Made by a program: the position numbers and the translations under genes. 64,000 bases of DNA from a virus (taxonomy: Duplodnaviria; Caudoviricetes): the IMG/VR virus record IMGVR_UViG_2518645587_000001, positions 422 through 64,421 of that record; one strand, written 5' to 3'. Positions 25,304-33,536 of this stretch are shown in pieces. The notes under the pieces are model-generated. The model was given only the letters and a program-made list of their open reading frames with translations, was not told where the DNA came from and searched no databases. Position 1 is the stretch's first letter. Every line of letters starts with the position of its first letter.

Positions 25304-25716
25304 AGGCCGATCACCCACTTACCGCCCATCGCATCGCGGCCATCACGGCCGTGCTGCAAGATGGCCCGCTGTGCGCTCACGACGTGGCGCCGAAAATCTT
25401 TCTCTGCTACGGCCACACCTGGCGCGTGCTCAAGTTCATGCACACCCTGGGCCTGGTGCACATCGCCAAGTGGCCTTTGCGCTGCACACCGCGCGCCACC
25501 CGCGTCTCGGCGTATGCGGTGGGCGCGGGCGTCGATGCCAAGAAGCCAAAGCGCCGCACCGGGCAGCAGCGCCAGGCCCGCGCCAAGTCGAAGCTGCGCC
25601 GCGACGCCGAGCGCTACGAGTTTCACCTCGCCAAGTGCCGAGCGCGCAAGCGCAAGCCGGCGCGCGATCCACTGGTAGCCGCGGTGTTCGGCGGAGCCGC
25701 GGAGGTTCGGCCGTGA
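25300..25716 (+). CDS. Hypothetical basic protein, possible HTH
   Basis: 138 aa, coupled on both sides. Confidence 0.6.
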   Translation: MKADHPLTAHRIAAITAVLQDGPLCAHDVAPKIFLCYGHTWRVLKFMHTLGLVHIAKWPLRCTPRATRVSAYAVGAGVDAKKPKRRTGQQRQARAKSKLRRDAERYEFHLAKCRARKRKPARDPLVAAVFGGAAEVRP

Positions 25717-26561
25717 ATTATTACCAGCACCACATCGGCGACTTCCGCGCCGGCACTTTCACCATGGGCCGCCTGGAGCGTTGGCTCTACCGCGACATGA
25801 TGGACATGTATTACGACACTGAAAAACCGCTGCCACTGGACCACGAAATGGTGTTCTACACCCTTGGAACGACCGATGAACAGGAGCGAACGGCCGTTGA
25901 ACGTCTGTTGAAATTTAAGTTCCAAAAGACAACAGAAGGATACGTCCACGAGCGCTGCGACAGCGAAATTCGGGCCTTCCACGACAAGGCGGAGAAAGCA
26001 TCGGCCGCTGGCAAGGCATCTGCTGCCAGTCGTACAACAAAAAAGCCAACGGACGTTGAACAGGGGGGCAACGTCGGTTCAACGGATGTTCAACGTCCGT
26101 CAACTAACCATAAACCATTAACCAATAACCATAAGAATAAAACCTTGTCGGCGCAAAGCCCCGACGCGCCGAGGGATACCGGCGAGCAGGGTGATGATGA
26201 GGACAAGGAGCGGCGCAAGCAACGCCGCAGCACGCCCGAGGACGAGGCGTGCGCGCGCTGGCTGTTCGGCCGCATCCTGGCGAACAATCCGGGCCACAAG
26301 CCGCCCAGCTTCGAGGCATGGTCGGAGGATGTGCGGCTGATGCGCGAGCGTGACCGCCGCACCCACCGCGAGATCTGCGAGCTGTTCAGCTGGGCGCAAG
26401 ACGACGAGTTTTGGAAGGCCAACGTGCTTTCGCCCTCGAAGCTGCGCGAAAAGTGGGACCAACTGACGATCAAACGCGGCACGCCGCAGAAAGGCACGAA
26501 ACATGGAAACTTCTCCGCGCAGGATTACCGGGCAGGGGTTAGCGCTGATGGCAAATTCTGA
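25713..26561 (+). CDS. Replication initiator (YdaU/DUF1376 N-terminus, O-like C-terminus)
   Basis: GTG 25713; NYYQHHIGDF...YRDMMDMYYDTEKPLP; EDVRLMRERD.RTHREICELF.WA..D.FW..NVLSP.KLREKW. Confidence 0.8.
   Translation: MNYYQHHIGDFRAGTFTMGRLERWLYRDMMDMYYDTEKPLPLDHEMVFYTLGTTDEQERTAVERLLKFKFQKTTEGYVHERCDSEIRAFHDKAEKASAAGKASAASRTTKKPTDVEQGGNVGSTDVQRPSTNHKPLTNNHKNKTLSAQSPDAPRDTGEQGDDEDKERRKQRRSTPEDEACARWLFGRILANNPGHKPPSFEAWSEDVRLMRERDRRTHREICELFSWAQDDEFWKANVLSPSKLREKWDQLTIKRGTPQKGTKHGNFSAQDYRAGVSADGKF
26045..26140. other. Putative replication origin (inverted iterons plus AACCAT-rich tract)
   Basis: AACGGACGTTGAAC (26048-26061) and near-complement GTTCAACGTCCGTC (26088-26101), followed by TAACCATAAACCATTAACCAATAACCAT. 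Confidence 0.55.
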
Positions 26562-27321
26562 GCGCCGCCCGCGCTTCATGAGCGCGATCCTCGAAACTTG
26601 CCAGCAGCACGGCGAGTACACCTCGCTGCTGCTCGCCGGCGGCTGGTCTGCCTGCGTGAAGTGCGAGCACGTGGCCGAGGCGGCGGCTACGGCAGCCGCA
26701 CAGGCCTCCTGGCAGGCCGAACTGCGCAACCGGGCATGGGAGGTGCGCCTGGGGCGCGCGGCGATCCCTGAGCGCTTCTCCGACCGCCGGCTGGGCACGT
26801 ACGAGCCGACCTGCGACGAAGCCGAGAAGGCGCTGCGCATGGTCACCCGCTACGCGGACAATTTCGCTGCCGTGCGCAAGGCCGGCGCCTGCCTGATCCT
26901 GTGCGGTGACGTCGGTACCGGGAAGACCCACCTGGCCGTCGGCGTCGCGCACGTGGTGCTGGAGCAGGGCGGTCAGGCCGTTTTCACGTCGGTGATGCGC
27001 GCGGTCCGGTCCGTGAAGGAGACCTATGCCAAGGGCAACTCGAAGACCGAAGCGCAGGCGATCGCCGACCTGGTCGAACCGGACCTTTTGATCCTCGACG
27101 AGGTGGGCGTGCAGCACGGCAGCGACACCGAAAAGCTGGTGCTGTTCGAGATCATCAACGGCCGCTACGAGGCAGGCCGGCCGACGATCGTGATCAGCAA
27201 CCTGGCGATCAAGCTGCTAGAGGAATACCTCGGCGCGCGCGCGTTCGACCGGCTGCGCGAAGGTGGCGGCCAGCTCGTGGTGTGCGATTGGGAATCGTAC
27301 CGGTCGCGGAGGGCGGCCTGA
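26548..27321 (+). CDS. DnaC/IstB-like AAA+ helicase loader
   Basis: Walker A GDVGTGKT, Walker B LLILDEVG, PTIVISN. Confidence 0.85.
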   Translation: MANSERRPRFMSAILETCQQHGEYTSLLLAGGWSACVKCEHVAEAAATAAAQASWQAELRNRAWEVRLGRAAIPERFSDRRLGTYEPTCDEAEKALRMVTRYADNFAAVRKAGACLILCGDVGTGKTHLAVGVAHVVLEQGGQAVFTSVMRAVRSVKETYAKGNSKTEAQAIADLVEPDLLILDEVGVQHGSDTEKLVLFEIINGRYEAGRPTIVISNLAIKLLEEYLGARAFDRLREGGGQLVVCDWESYRSRRAA

Positions 27322-27731
27322 TGGGCGCTCGCCAGACGCTTCTCGCCAACCCGCTCGACCTCCTGGCCGCCAAGCAAGTGGTGGGCCAGGAAGATGCCGA
27401 TGCCACGGCACTGGTCGTGCTGATCGCGCTCGACGCGGCCAAGCGCGGGCTGGCGCCGGCGTCGCTTGCCAACACGCTCACGGAGCACCTGCTGACCAGC
27501 GCGGCCGTCTGGTCGCAGCAGGGTAATCGCCGACTGTACGACAAGGCGGTGCTGGCCTGGGCAGCACTGCTGAAGGCCTGCGCGCGGCCTACGGCGCTGC
27601 TCGACCTCACTACCGGCGAGTACGCGGCGATTAGGTTGTCGATCGCGTACTACGTCCGGGCGCTGCCCAAGCTCGAGGTGGGCGTGCTGGCCGTAGCGCA
27701 CGAGAAAGCGCTGCGCCAGTTGCGCGACTGA
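27321..27731 (+). CDS. Hypothetical protein
   Basis: TGATG-coupled; 136 aa. Confidence 0.6.
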   Translation: MGARQTLLANPLDLLAAKQVVGQEDADATALVVLIALDAAKRGLAPASLANTLTEHLLTSAAVWSQQGNRRLYDKAVLAWAALLKACARPTALLDLTTGEYAAIRLSIAYYVRALPKLEVGVLAVAHEKALRQLRD

Positions 27732-27843
27732 AACTGCGGCCAACAGGAAAGACCTTGCCAAAATCTGCAACACTTTGCCTGTTGCCCTATTGTTTCCGGG
27801 TTTTCCGTGTGTTAACGTTCCGGCGTTGCCACGGGAGAACAAC

Positions 27844-28374
27844 ATGGGTTATGCAGATCGGTTCGTAATGAGTTTGGGCGCCAGCACGTTGCAGGACGAC
27901 GCGCAGCATCACGCGGCCGAACCGCTGGCGGCCGCTGCGCTGGCGGACCTGACCGGCGCCGGCTTCGGCGCGCTGCTGACCCGCGTGAAATACGCTGACG
28001 GCTCGATTAGCAAGACCTTCGAGTCCGGCACTCAGAATCTGGCGCAGCTGCTGCGCATTTGGACCAACCGCGTGACCGAGAAAGGCCGTGAGCGCAAGTG
28101 GGTGAAGGAGGGCACCGAGTGGGACGTGTGCGCCGCCATGACCCTGTACCGCCGCGTCGCCGAGCGCTCACTGGCCTACTGGCTCGACGGGAAGTGCGGC
28201 ACCTGCCACGGTACCGGCACGGCCAGCCGGATGATCTGCCAGCCGTGCAAAGGCAGCGGTCGAGGCGAGATCGGTGGCGGAGGTTTCGAACGCGAAAAGG
28301 CGCTCGACATGGTCAGCGAGCTGGAAGGCCTTCTCCAAGCACACAATGCTCGTTCAGCCGCCTTGCTCAGATAG
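27844..28374 (+). CDS. Q-like late antiterminator with Zn finger
   Basis: GGAG RBS; CGTCHGTG...CQPCKGSG; last early gene before pR'. Confidence 0.7.
   Translation: MGYADRFVMSLGASTLQDDAQHHAAEPLAAAALADLTGAGFGALLTRVKYADGSISKTFESGTQNLAQLLRIWTNRVTEKGRERKWVKEGTEWDVCAAMTLYRRVAERSLAYWLDGKCGTCHGTGTASRMICQPCKGSGRGEIGGGGFEREKALDMVSELEGLLQAHNARSAALLR
28282..28374 (+). repeat. Q C-terminal segment, copy 1 (in frame with Q)
   Basis: GFEREKALDMVSELEGLLQAHNARSAALLR*. Confidence 0.95.
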
Positions 28375-29910
28375 TTCGACCGGGTGTGGGAAAAAGTCGG
28401 CCAATTCAGGCCTGATGATATTCCCCAGACTGGCGCGGGTTAATTCGGTGAAAGAGATGTCTCGGTTTTCAAATTCGCGCGCCGACACCAACAGGTAGGC
28501 TTCAATTTTTTCATTTCGCTGATCCAGTACGGCAGCAATGAGAAAGTCGTAGCCGGTAGCGAGCCGCTTATTGATTCGCCACCGGTGGTTACCCCACTTA
28601 TTGTCCAGCGCGCAGCGCACCACGCGAATCGATGCGGTGACCGCGTCGTTTATACGAAGGGTGTGCGGCATGTTGGTTGCTTGCCAGGTGCCGCCTGCCT
28701 CAATAATGGCACATTTCACAATGTCGAGGAACCCGGCCTTTATCGAGTGCGTGCGGCGGCGAGTAATGATGGCCTCGGCATTGAATGGCCCCGGAATTTC
28801 TGCCAGTTCATACGCGGCGTATATGGACCCGAAGCGACGGCAGAAGAGCTGGCATGCAGGTCCGTCTGGATCCCGGTCAATCAAGGCGCTGGTTACCCTT
28901 CCGTGGGCTTTGTAAATTCGCTGCAGGGTCTGCATGAGCTCCTCGGTGGTGTATCGATAATTTCGATCACTCCGCTCTATGCGTGCGGCATGGAAGAGTT
29001 GCAAAGGCACAATTGGCGGGAAAGCTGCATCGCAGCGGACCCACAACGCCGCGGGATTCCTGACGGCGGTCTTTCGCAGCTTGTAGGATCCCTTGTTGAA
29101 TATAAGGTTGCCGATGTATTTTTCGTTGCGGATCATTCCTCGGATGAGTGCGCCTGTCCACGGCCTGCCAGATTCTGAAGCGACGTTCTGCTCGTTGAGC
29201 GCGATGGCGATACGTCGATCTCCAACTTTGTCTACGGCGTACCAGTGGAATATTAGATTAACAACCTCGATTTCGTGCTTGGGGCCAGGCACCAGGACGA
29301 CGCGGTGCGTCTGAACCGCCTTCCATTCGCCTTTTTCCATTATGCGGATGAAATCGCCATTCGAATCGAGTAGCGCTCGGCGCAGGCCGTATCCAGCCAT
29401 GCCACCCAGTTTGTATCCCATCTTGATGATGCGGCACTGGGCAATGAATACTTTGGAAGACAGCTCGCGGCTGTAATCCGCCGCTGCTATTCGCTTCATC
29501 GCTTTGATGATCGAGGTGTAGGGCGAATCATCATTCTGGAAGGCCTCGGTGCAGTAGGTGACCTGCACTCCGTTCAGCCGGCAGATGTACTCGTAATGGG
29601 CGCTCTCATCGACGTCTTGGAAGCGGCCCCAGCGGCTGACGTCGTACACGAGGATGCAGGTGAAATCGTCTTTCGTCTGCACGTCTGCAAGCAGCTGCTG
29701 CAGGCCGGGTCGCCCCCGCATGGTGAGCCCGCTTTTGCCCGCGTCTTCATAAACTGCCACGATCGTTATCTGCTGCTCCGCTGCATACTCCTGGATGCGC
29801 TGCATCTGGTTTGCCGTGGAGTAGGTCTGTCTCTCGGTTGACATTCGCACATAGGCCGCAGCTCGACGAAACGGCGACAGGATAGTAGTTTCCAGCAAAC
29901 CGCTCATCAT
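28354..29910 (-). CDS. Large serine recombinase A
   Basis: AAAYVRMSTERQ (catalytic Ser), DAGKSG, GRPGLQQL, VYDVSRWGR; recombinase domain IRNEKYIG; GGAG RBS. Confidence 0.9.
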   Translation of the reverse strand: MMSGLLETTILSPFRRAAAYVRMSTERQTYSTANQMQRIQEYAAEQQITIVAVYEDAGKSGLTMRGRPGLQQLLADVQTKDDFTCILVYDVSRWGRFQDVDESAHYEYICRLNGVQVTYCTEAFQNDDSPYTSIIKAMKRIAAADYSRELSSKVFIAQCRIIKMGYKLGGMAGYGLRRALLDSNGDFIRIMEKGEWKAVQTHRVVLVPGPKHEIEVVNLIFHWYAVDKVGDRRIAIALNEQNVASESGRPWTGALIRGMIRNEKYIGNLIFNKGSYKLRKTAVRNPAALWVRCDAAFPPIVPLQLFHAARIERSDRNYRYTTEELMQTLQRIYKAHGRVTSALIDRDPDGPACQLFCRRFGSIYAAYELAEIPGPFNAEAIITRRRTHSIKAGFLDIVKCAIIEAGGTWQATNMPHTLRINDAVTASIRVVRCALDNKWGNHRWRINKRLATGYDFLIAAVLDQRNEKIEAYLLVSAREFENRDISFTELTRASLGNIIRPELADFFPHPVELSEQGG

Positions 29911-30091
29911 TTTTCTCCGGTGGAATCATGGGATAGCAGCGACAGGATAACTCTTCCAGCGGACGCGTCAGGAATCTCAGCGCAAGCTCGATCGAAACGT
30001 CGTTGTCGGAGAGCAGTGCGGCGGCAAATTTGACGCCGTGGCTGGGCACCATGCCACGCGCGGCCAAGCAAAGGGGGATGGGATTTCTCAT
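29747..30091 (-). CDS. Small ORF upstream of recombinase A
   Basis: MRNPIPLCLAARGMVPSHGVKFAAALLSDNDVSIELALRFLT; homologous to 31630-31944. Confidence 0.7.
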   Translation of the reverse strand: MRNPIPLCLAARGMVPSHGVKFAAALLSDNDVSIELALRFLTRPLEELSCRCYPMIPPEKNDERFAGNYYPVAVSSSCGLCANVNRETDLLHGKPDAAHPGVCSGAADNDRGSL

Positions 30092-30143
30092 CCGATAACT
30101 TTACCGGGCGCTTGTCCTGCTGGCATTGAGAATTATCAACTTC
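30089..30143 (-). promoter_or_regulatory. Conserved arm A: ATGCCA-N17-TAAAGT promoter and TTGA-N6-TCAA dyad (attP-like arm)
   Basis: 47 of 55 bases identical to 31942-31996, no gaps. Confidence 0.65.
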
Positions 30144-30236
30144 GGCTTCGAACGCGAGAAGGCGCTCGATATGGTTAGCGAACTGGAAGGCCTGATCCAG
30201 TCGCATATTGCTCGATCGACTGCGTTACTTCGCTGA
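30144..30236 (+). repeat. Q C-terminal segment, copy 2 (no upstream Q body)
   Basis: GFEREKALDMVSELEGLIQSHIARSTALLR*. Confidence 0.95.
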
Positions 30237-31760
30237 GCTCGTCGGCAGGAAGAAGTCCGAGAGGTTCCATCGTTGGTTTGCCGAGTACCGTTTGATGCTG
30301 GATTCTGTAAATGCGATCGCCCGATGATCCAGGTCACCAGTCGGGAAGAGTAGGTATGAGGTGATATTTCTGTTCGTGCGGTCCAGTAATGCAACGAGCA
30401 AGAAGTCACACCCTTCAGCTAAACGAGCCGGTATCCGCCATCGGTAGTATCCATATTTTTTGTCGTGCGCACATCGGATGGCCCTCATCGATACCGTCAC
30501 ACTCCCGTTTAACCGCAGTGTATGGGGTGCATCCATTAGCTCTGCCGTTGCCCCGGCACCGATTGCCAGTGCTGTCGCCTCGGCCACCATGCGGTCACGA
30601 AACCCGTAGTTCTGATCGCGTGTGACCAAGAAGTCGTTGCTCCGAAGATTTGGGATGCCTGCCTGTGTGAACGCATCAAATAGCGTGCCGAAGTGGCGAG
30701 CAATCAGCCGTGCCGTAGGCAAATCCGGATCCGCATCAATCAGGGTGCTCGAAATGCGACCGTGCGCGTTGTAGATCCGCTGCATCGACGTAATCAACTC
30801 CTGGTCGGTGTATCTCCGGTGGCGGCGCGCTCGCTCTCGCGCGACGGCATTGAAAAGCTCTTGGGGCACGATGGGCGTAATCGCGCCGTCGCATCGAACC
30901 CACTCCTCCGGCGGGTTCCGCACCGCAGTCTTTCGCAACTTGAAGGATGCTTTGTTAAATATCAGATTGCCGATGTATTTTTCATTTTGGAGCATGCCCC
31001 GGATTATGTCGGGCGTCCAGGGGCCACCTGACTCCGTTGCGACAGATTGCTCATTTAGTACAGCAGCGATTTTTCTGTCGCCGACGCCATCCTCGGCGTA
31101 CCATTTGAAGACCTGGTTGACAATGGCAATCTCGGCCACCGGACCAGGCACAAGCACCACTCGGTGGGTCTGGACTGCTTTCCATTCGCCAGCCTTGAGG
31201 ATCTGAATAATCTTCCCGTCCGAGTCGAGTAGGGCGCGGCGTAATCCGTAGCCAGGTGGCCCGCCCGTTTTGTATCCCATCGAAATCATTCTGCACTGGC
31301 CGGCGAAGACCTTGGCAGAAAGCTCGCGGCTGTACTCGGCTGCCGCCGCGCGCTTGAGGGCCTTGATGATGGCTGTGAACGGCGTTCCATCGTTTTCGAA
31401 CACCTCGGCGCAGTAGGCGACGTTGACGCCGTTCAGGCGGCACAAGTACTCATAGTGGGCGCTCTCGTCCAAGTCCTGGAACCGTCCCCAGCGGCTGATA
31501 TCGTACACAAGAATCAATGCGAAGTCGTGGTTGCCCTGCACGTCCTCTATCATTTGAGTGAGGCCCGGACGACCCTTTTTCGTAAGGCCACTGCGCCCCG
31601 AATCTTCGTAGATGGTTACCACGTCGACGTCATGGCTCGCCGCGTATTGCCGAATCCGGTCCAGTTGGTTGGCCGTCGAGTAGATCTGGCGCTCCGTCGA
31701 CATACGGACATACGCTGCAGCGCGGAGGCGGACGGTTGATGGTGCTTGTGAGGACTTCAT
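30225..31760 (-). CDS. Large serine recombinase B
   Basis: ATG 31760 with AGGAG RBS; AAAYVRMSTERQ, DSGRSG, VYDISRWGR, LQNEKYIG. Confidence 0.9.
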   Translation of the reverse strand: MKSSQAPSTVRLRAAAYVRMSTERQIYSTANQLDRIRQYAASHDVDVVTIYEDSGRSGLTKKGRPGLTQMIEDVQGNHDFALILVYDISRWGRFQDLDESAHYEYLCRLNGVNVAYCAEVFENDGTPFTAIIKALKRAAAAEYSRELSAKVFAGQCRMISMGYKTGGPPGYGLRRALLDSDGKIIQILKAGEWKAVQTHRVVLVPGPVAEIAIVNQVFKWYAEDGVGDRKIAAVLNEQSVATESGGPWTPDIIRGMLQNEKYIGNLIFNKASFKLRKTAVRNPPEEWVRCDGAITPIVPQELFNAVARERARRHRRYTDQELITSMQRIYNAHGRISSTLIDADPDLPTARLIARHFGTLFDAFTQAGIPNLRSNDFLVTRDQNYGFRDRMVAEATALAIGAGATAELMDAPHTLRLNGSVTVSMRAIRCAHDKKYGYYRWRIPARLAEGCDFLLVALLDRTNRNITSYLLFPTGDLDHRAIAFTESSIKRYSANQRWNLSDFFLPTSSAK

Positions 31761-31944
31761 GTTCGTGCTCCTGGCATCGGTACGGCCAACAGGCACAGGA
31801 TAGCTGGTTTAGCGGCAGCGTTAGAAATCGCAGGGCAAGTTCGATGGGTACGGCGTGGTCACATAAGAGCGCAGCGGAAAAAGGGATGCCATGCGTGGGC
31901 GCTAAGCGGCGAGCGGCAAGACAAAGGGCGATGTAGTTTTTCAT
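31630..31944 (-). CDS. Small ORF upstream of recombinase B
   Basis: MKNYIALCLAARRLAPTHGIPFSAALLCDHAVPIELALRFLT. Confidence 0.7.
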   Translation of the reverse strand: MKNYIALCLAARRLAPTHGIPFSAALLCDHAVPIELALRFLTLPLNQLSCACWPYRCQEHEHEVLTSTINRPPPRCSVCPYVDGAPDLLDGQPTGPDSAIRGEP

Positions 31945-31996
31945 CTGATAACTTTACCTGCCGCTTATCCTTCTGGCATTGAGAAATATCAAGGTC
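31942..31996 (-). promoter_or_regulatory. Conserved arm B (same promoter and dyad as arm A)
   Basis: ATGCCA-N17-TAAAGT-N6-ATG; TTGAGAAATATCAA at 31979-31992. Confidence 0.65.
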
Positions 31997-32092
31997 GGCT
32001 TCGAGCGCGAGAAGGCGCTGGATATGGTCAGCGAGTTAGAAAGTTTGTTGCACGCCCGCAACGCGCGGGCTTCCAAGAGGTTACGACTCTAA
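31997..32092 (+). repeat. Q C-terminal segment, copy 3 (probably the ancestral tail)
   Basis: GFEREKALDMVSELESLLHARNARASKRLRL*. Confidence 0.95.
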
Positions 32093-33208
32093 CGAAGTAC
32101 CCTCTGCTTTTGCCGCCTTCCGGCCATTGATTCGATCGACCAAAGCCAGTACTAGTTCCTGCGTATTAATCGGATACGATTCCTTTGTCACATGATCGAA
32201 TGTTTTTGGTGCAAACATTCTCTGTGCAATTTCAGCCTTTAGAGTATCTTGTTGCTCCTTAGGTAAGGTCGCAATATATGGCCCAACTGCCTTCAAATCC
32301 AGAGATGTTTGTAAATGGGTGTATTGCTGCTGGCGGTGTTTAGCAGATTCTCTCGCGAGATATGCGGCGGGTACTGAGAATAATAGTGAGCATATAAGCT
32401 TTAAAGCCGACTTCTCCCACGAGAATTCACCTGTCGTGATGCCGTAAAAGGTAAAGCCGACAAATATCATAACGAGTACCATGAATACGATCGAAGCGAT
32501 TCGCAGTGCGTCGGCTGAAGTTTTCTCAATATCAGCACTTTTTTCATAGCTTCCCACGATGCTCTTAGCCGCGATTACCCCGACAACCTCATTGACTTCG
32601 GCTAACTTTCCTTCGAGATAGACAGATGTCTCTAAAAGCTTTTCGTCTATGCGGGATCTCAATTCTGAAGCACTTAAATTAGTGTCAGAAAGTGAGGACT
32701 GCAAGCTACGGATCGAATCTTCGATCACCCCTGTTTGCTTCAGCTGTTTAGATAATGAGTCTTCAGTTTGCGATATCCGGAGATTGAAAAAATCTAGCTG
32801 TGCGAGAAACTCTGGAGAATTTTTGTTTCTTGGATAGCTCATAATTTTTGAGTGCAGCGCGTAATTCTCAGCATGCTCTTGCACTAAGTTACGAAATCCT
32901 TTGAGAATTTCCTTGATTTTTCTCGCTTCTAAAGTGCCAGGTTTGCTATAACCAATCTTATCAAGAATAACTGCTGCAATCCCCTCAAATTTATTTGCAT
33001 TGTCGATAATTTCAGAAAATCCAATAGGTATACTTTTTAAAGTATTCGGTAAATCTATTAAGTTGGCCCATGCTGCATTCAGTTTTTCTCGAAGCTGAGG
33101 TGCGTCTGAAAAATCGTTACTTTCCAAAGTGCTGCTAATTAGAGAGTATAGATTATTTCCCGTTGAGATAATTTCCGCCAAACTACTATCAAGATCGAAG
33201 GGGTCCAC
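32081..33208 (-). CDS. Low-GC moron: coiled coil plus two C-terminal membrane helices
   Basis: Markedly AT-rich; IASIVFMVLVMIFVGFTFY and LICSLLFSVPAAYL, then RESAKHR...LDLKAVGPYI. Confidence 0.75.
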   Translation of the reverse strand: MDPFDLDSSLAEIISTGNNLYSLISSTLESNDFSDAPQLREKLNAAWANLIDLPNTLKSIPIGFSEIIDNANKFEGIAAVILDKIGYSKPGTLEARKIKEILKGFRNLVQEHAENYALHSKIMSYPRNKNSPEFLAQLDFFNLRISQTEDSLSKQLKQTGVIEDSIRSLQSSLSDTNLSASELRSRIDEKLLETSVYLEGKLAEVNEVVGVIAAKSIVGSYEKSADIEKTSADALRIASIVFMVLVMIFVGFTFYGITTGEFSWEKSALKLICSLLFSVPAAYLARESAKHRQQQYTHLQTSLDLKAVGPYIATLPKEQQDTLKAEIAQRMFAPKTFDHVTKESYPINTQELVLALVDRINGRKAAKAEGTSLES

Positions 33209-33312
33209 CGTATTTCCTTATAAGTTGTCTGTCGGGAATGATATACCACATTATTTTGGCATATCAAAATTTCAGTCTTTTTCTTTTTATTTCGATTTGG
33301 TCTGCATCCCAG

Positions 33313-33341
33313 TTGACATTTTGAATTTGCTTGGTTAAAGT
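33313..33341 (+). promoter_or_regulatory. Late promoter pR'
   Basis: TTGACA-N17-TAAAGT downstream of Q and upstream of all late genes. Confidence 0.75.
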
Positions 33342-33482
33342 GCAGCTACACACTAACCGCACTCGTAATGAAGGCTTCGGCCTCACCGATAGCGGTGATT
33401 CGAGGATTGCACCAACTTCGTTGATGCTTTCGCTCGCGTTTATATTACACTCACCGCGCAGATAGCACGGGAGCAAATCCTC

Positions 33483-33512
33483 AAGCCACCCATTGCGGTG
33501 GCTTTCTTATTT
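33483..33512 (+). terminator. tR'-like terminator
   Basis: AAGCCACC-CATTGC-GGTGGCTT-TCTTATTT, about 140-165 nt after pR'. Confidence 0.75.
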
Positions 33513-33536
33513 CCGCGTCCGAAAAGCGAGGCGGCC

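Larger units (their letters stand above)
28282..30143. mobile_element. Putative minimal integrative element A (1862 bp) inserted in Q
   Basis: Q tail 1 + serine recombinase + small ORF + 55-bp arm; bounded by direct Q-tail repeats. Confidence 0.7.
30144..31996. mobile_element. Putative minimal integrative element B (1853 bp)
   Basis: Q tail 2 + serine recombinase + small ORF + 55-bp arm. Confidence 0.7.

Noticed and set aside
29907-30206. Minus-strand 99-aa ORF
   Set aside because: Antisense reading of Q tail 2 and arm A; no counterpart of similar length in unit B
28282-32092. Triple Q-tail repeat as a diversity-generating retroelement TR/VR pair
   Set aside because: Differences are not adenine-specific and no reverse transcriptase is present
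28282-32092. Invertible shufflon driven by the serine recombinases
   Set aside because: All repeats and arms are in direct orientation, which predicts excision/integration rather than inversion
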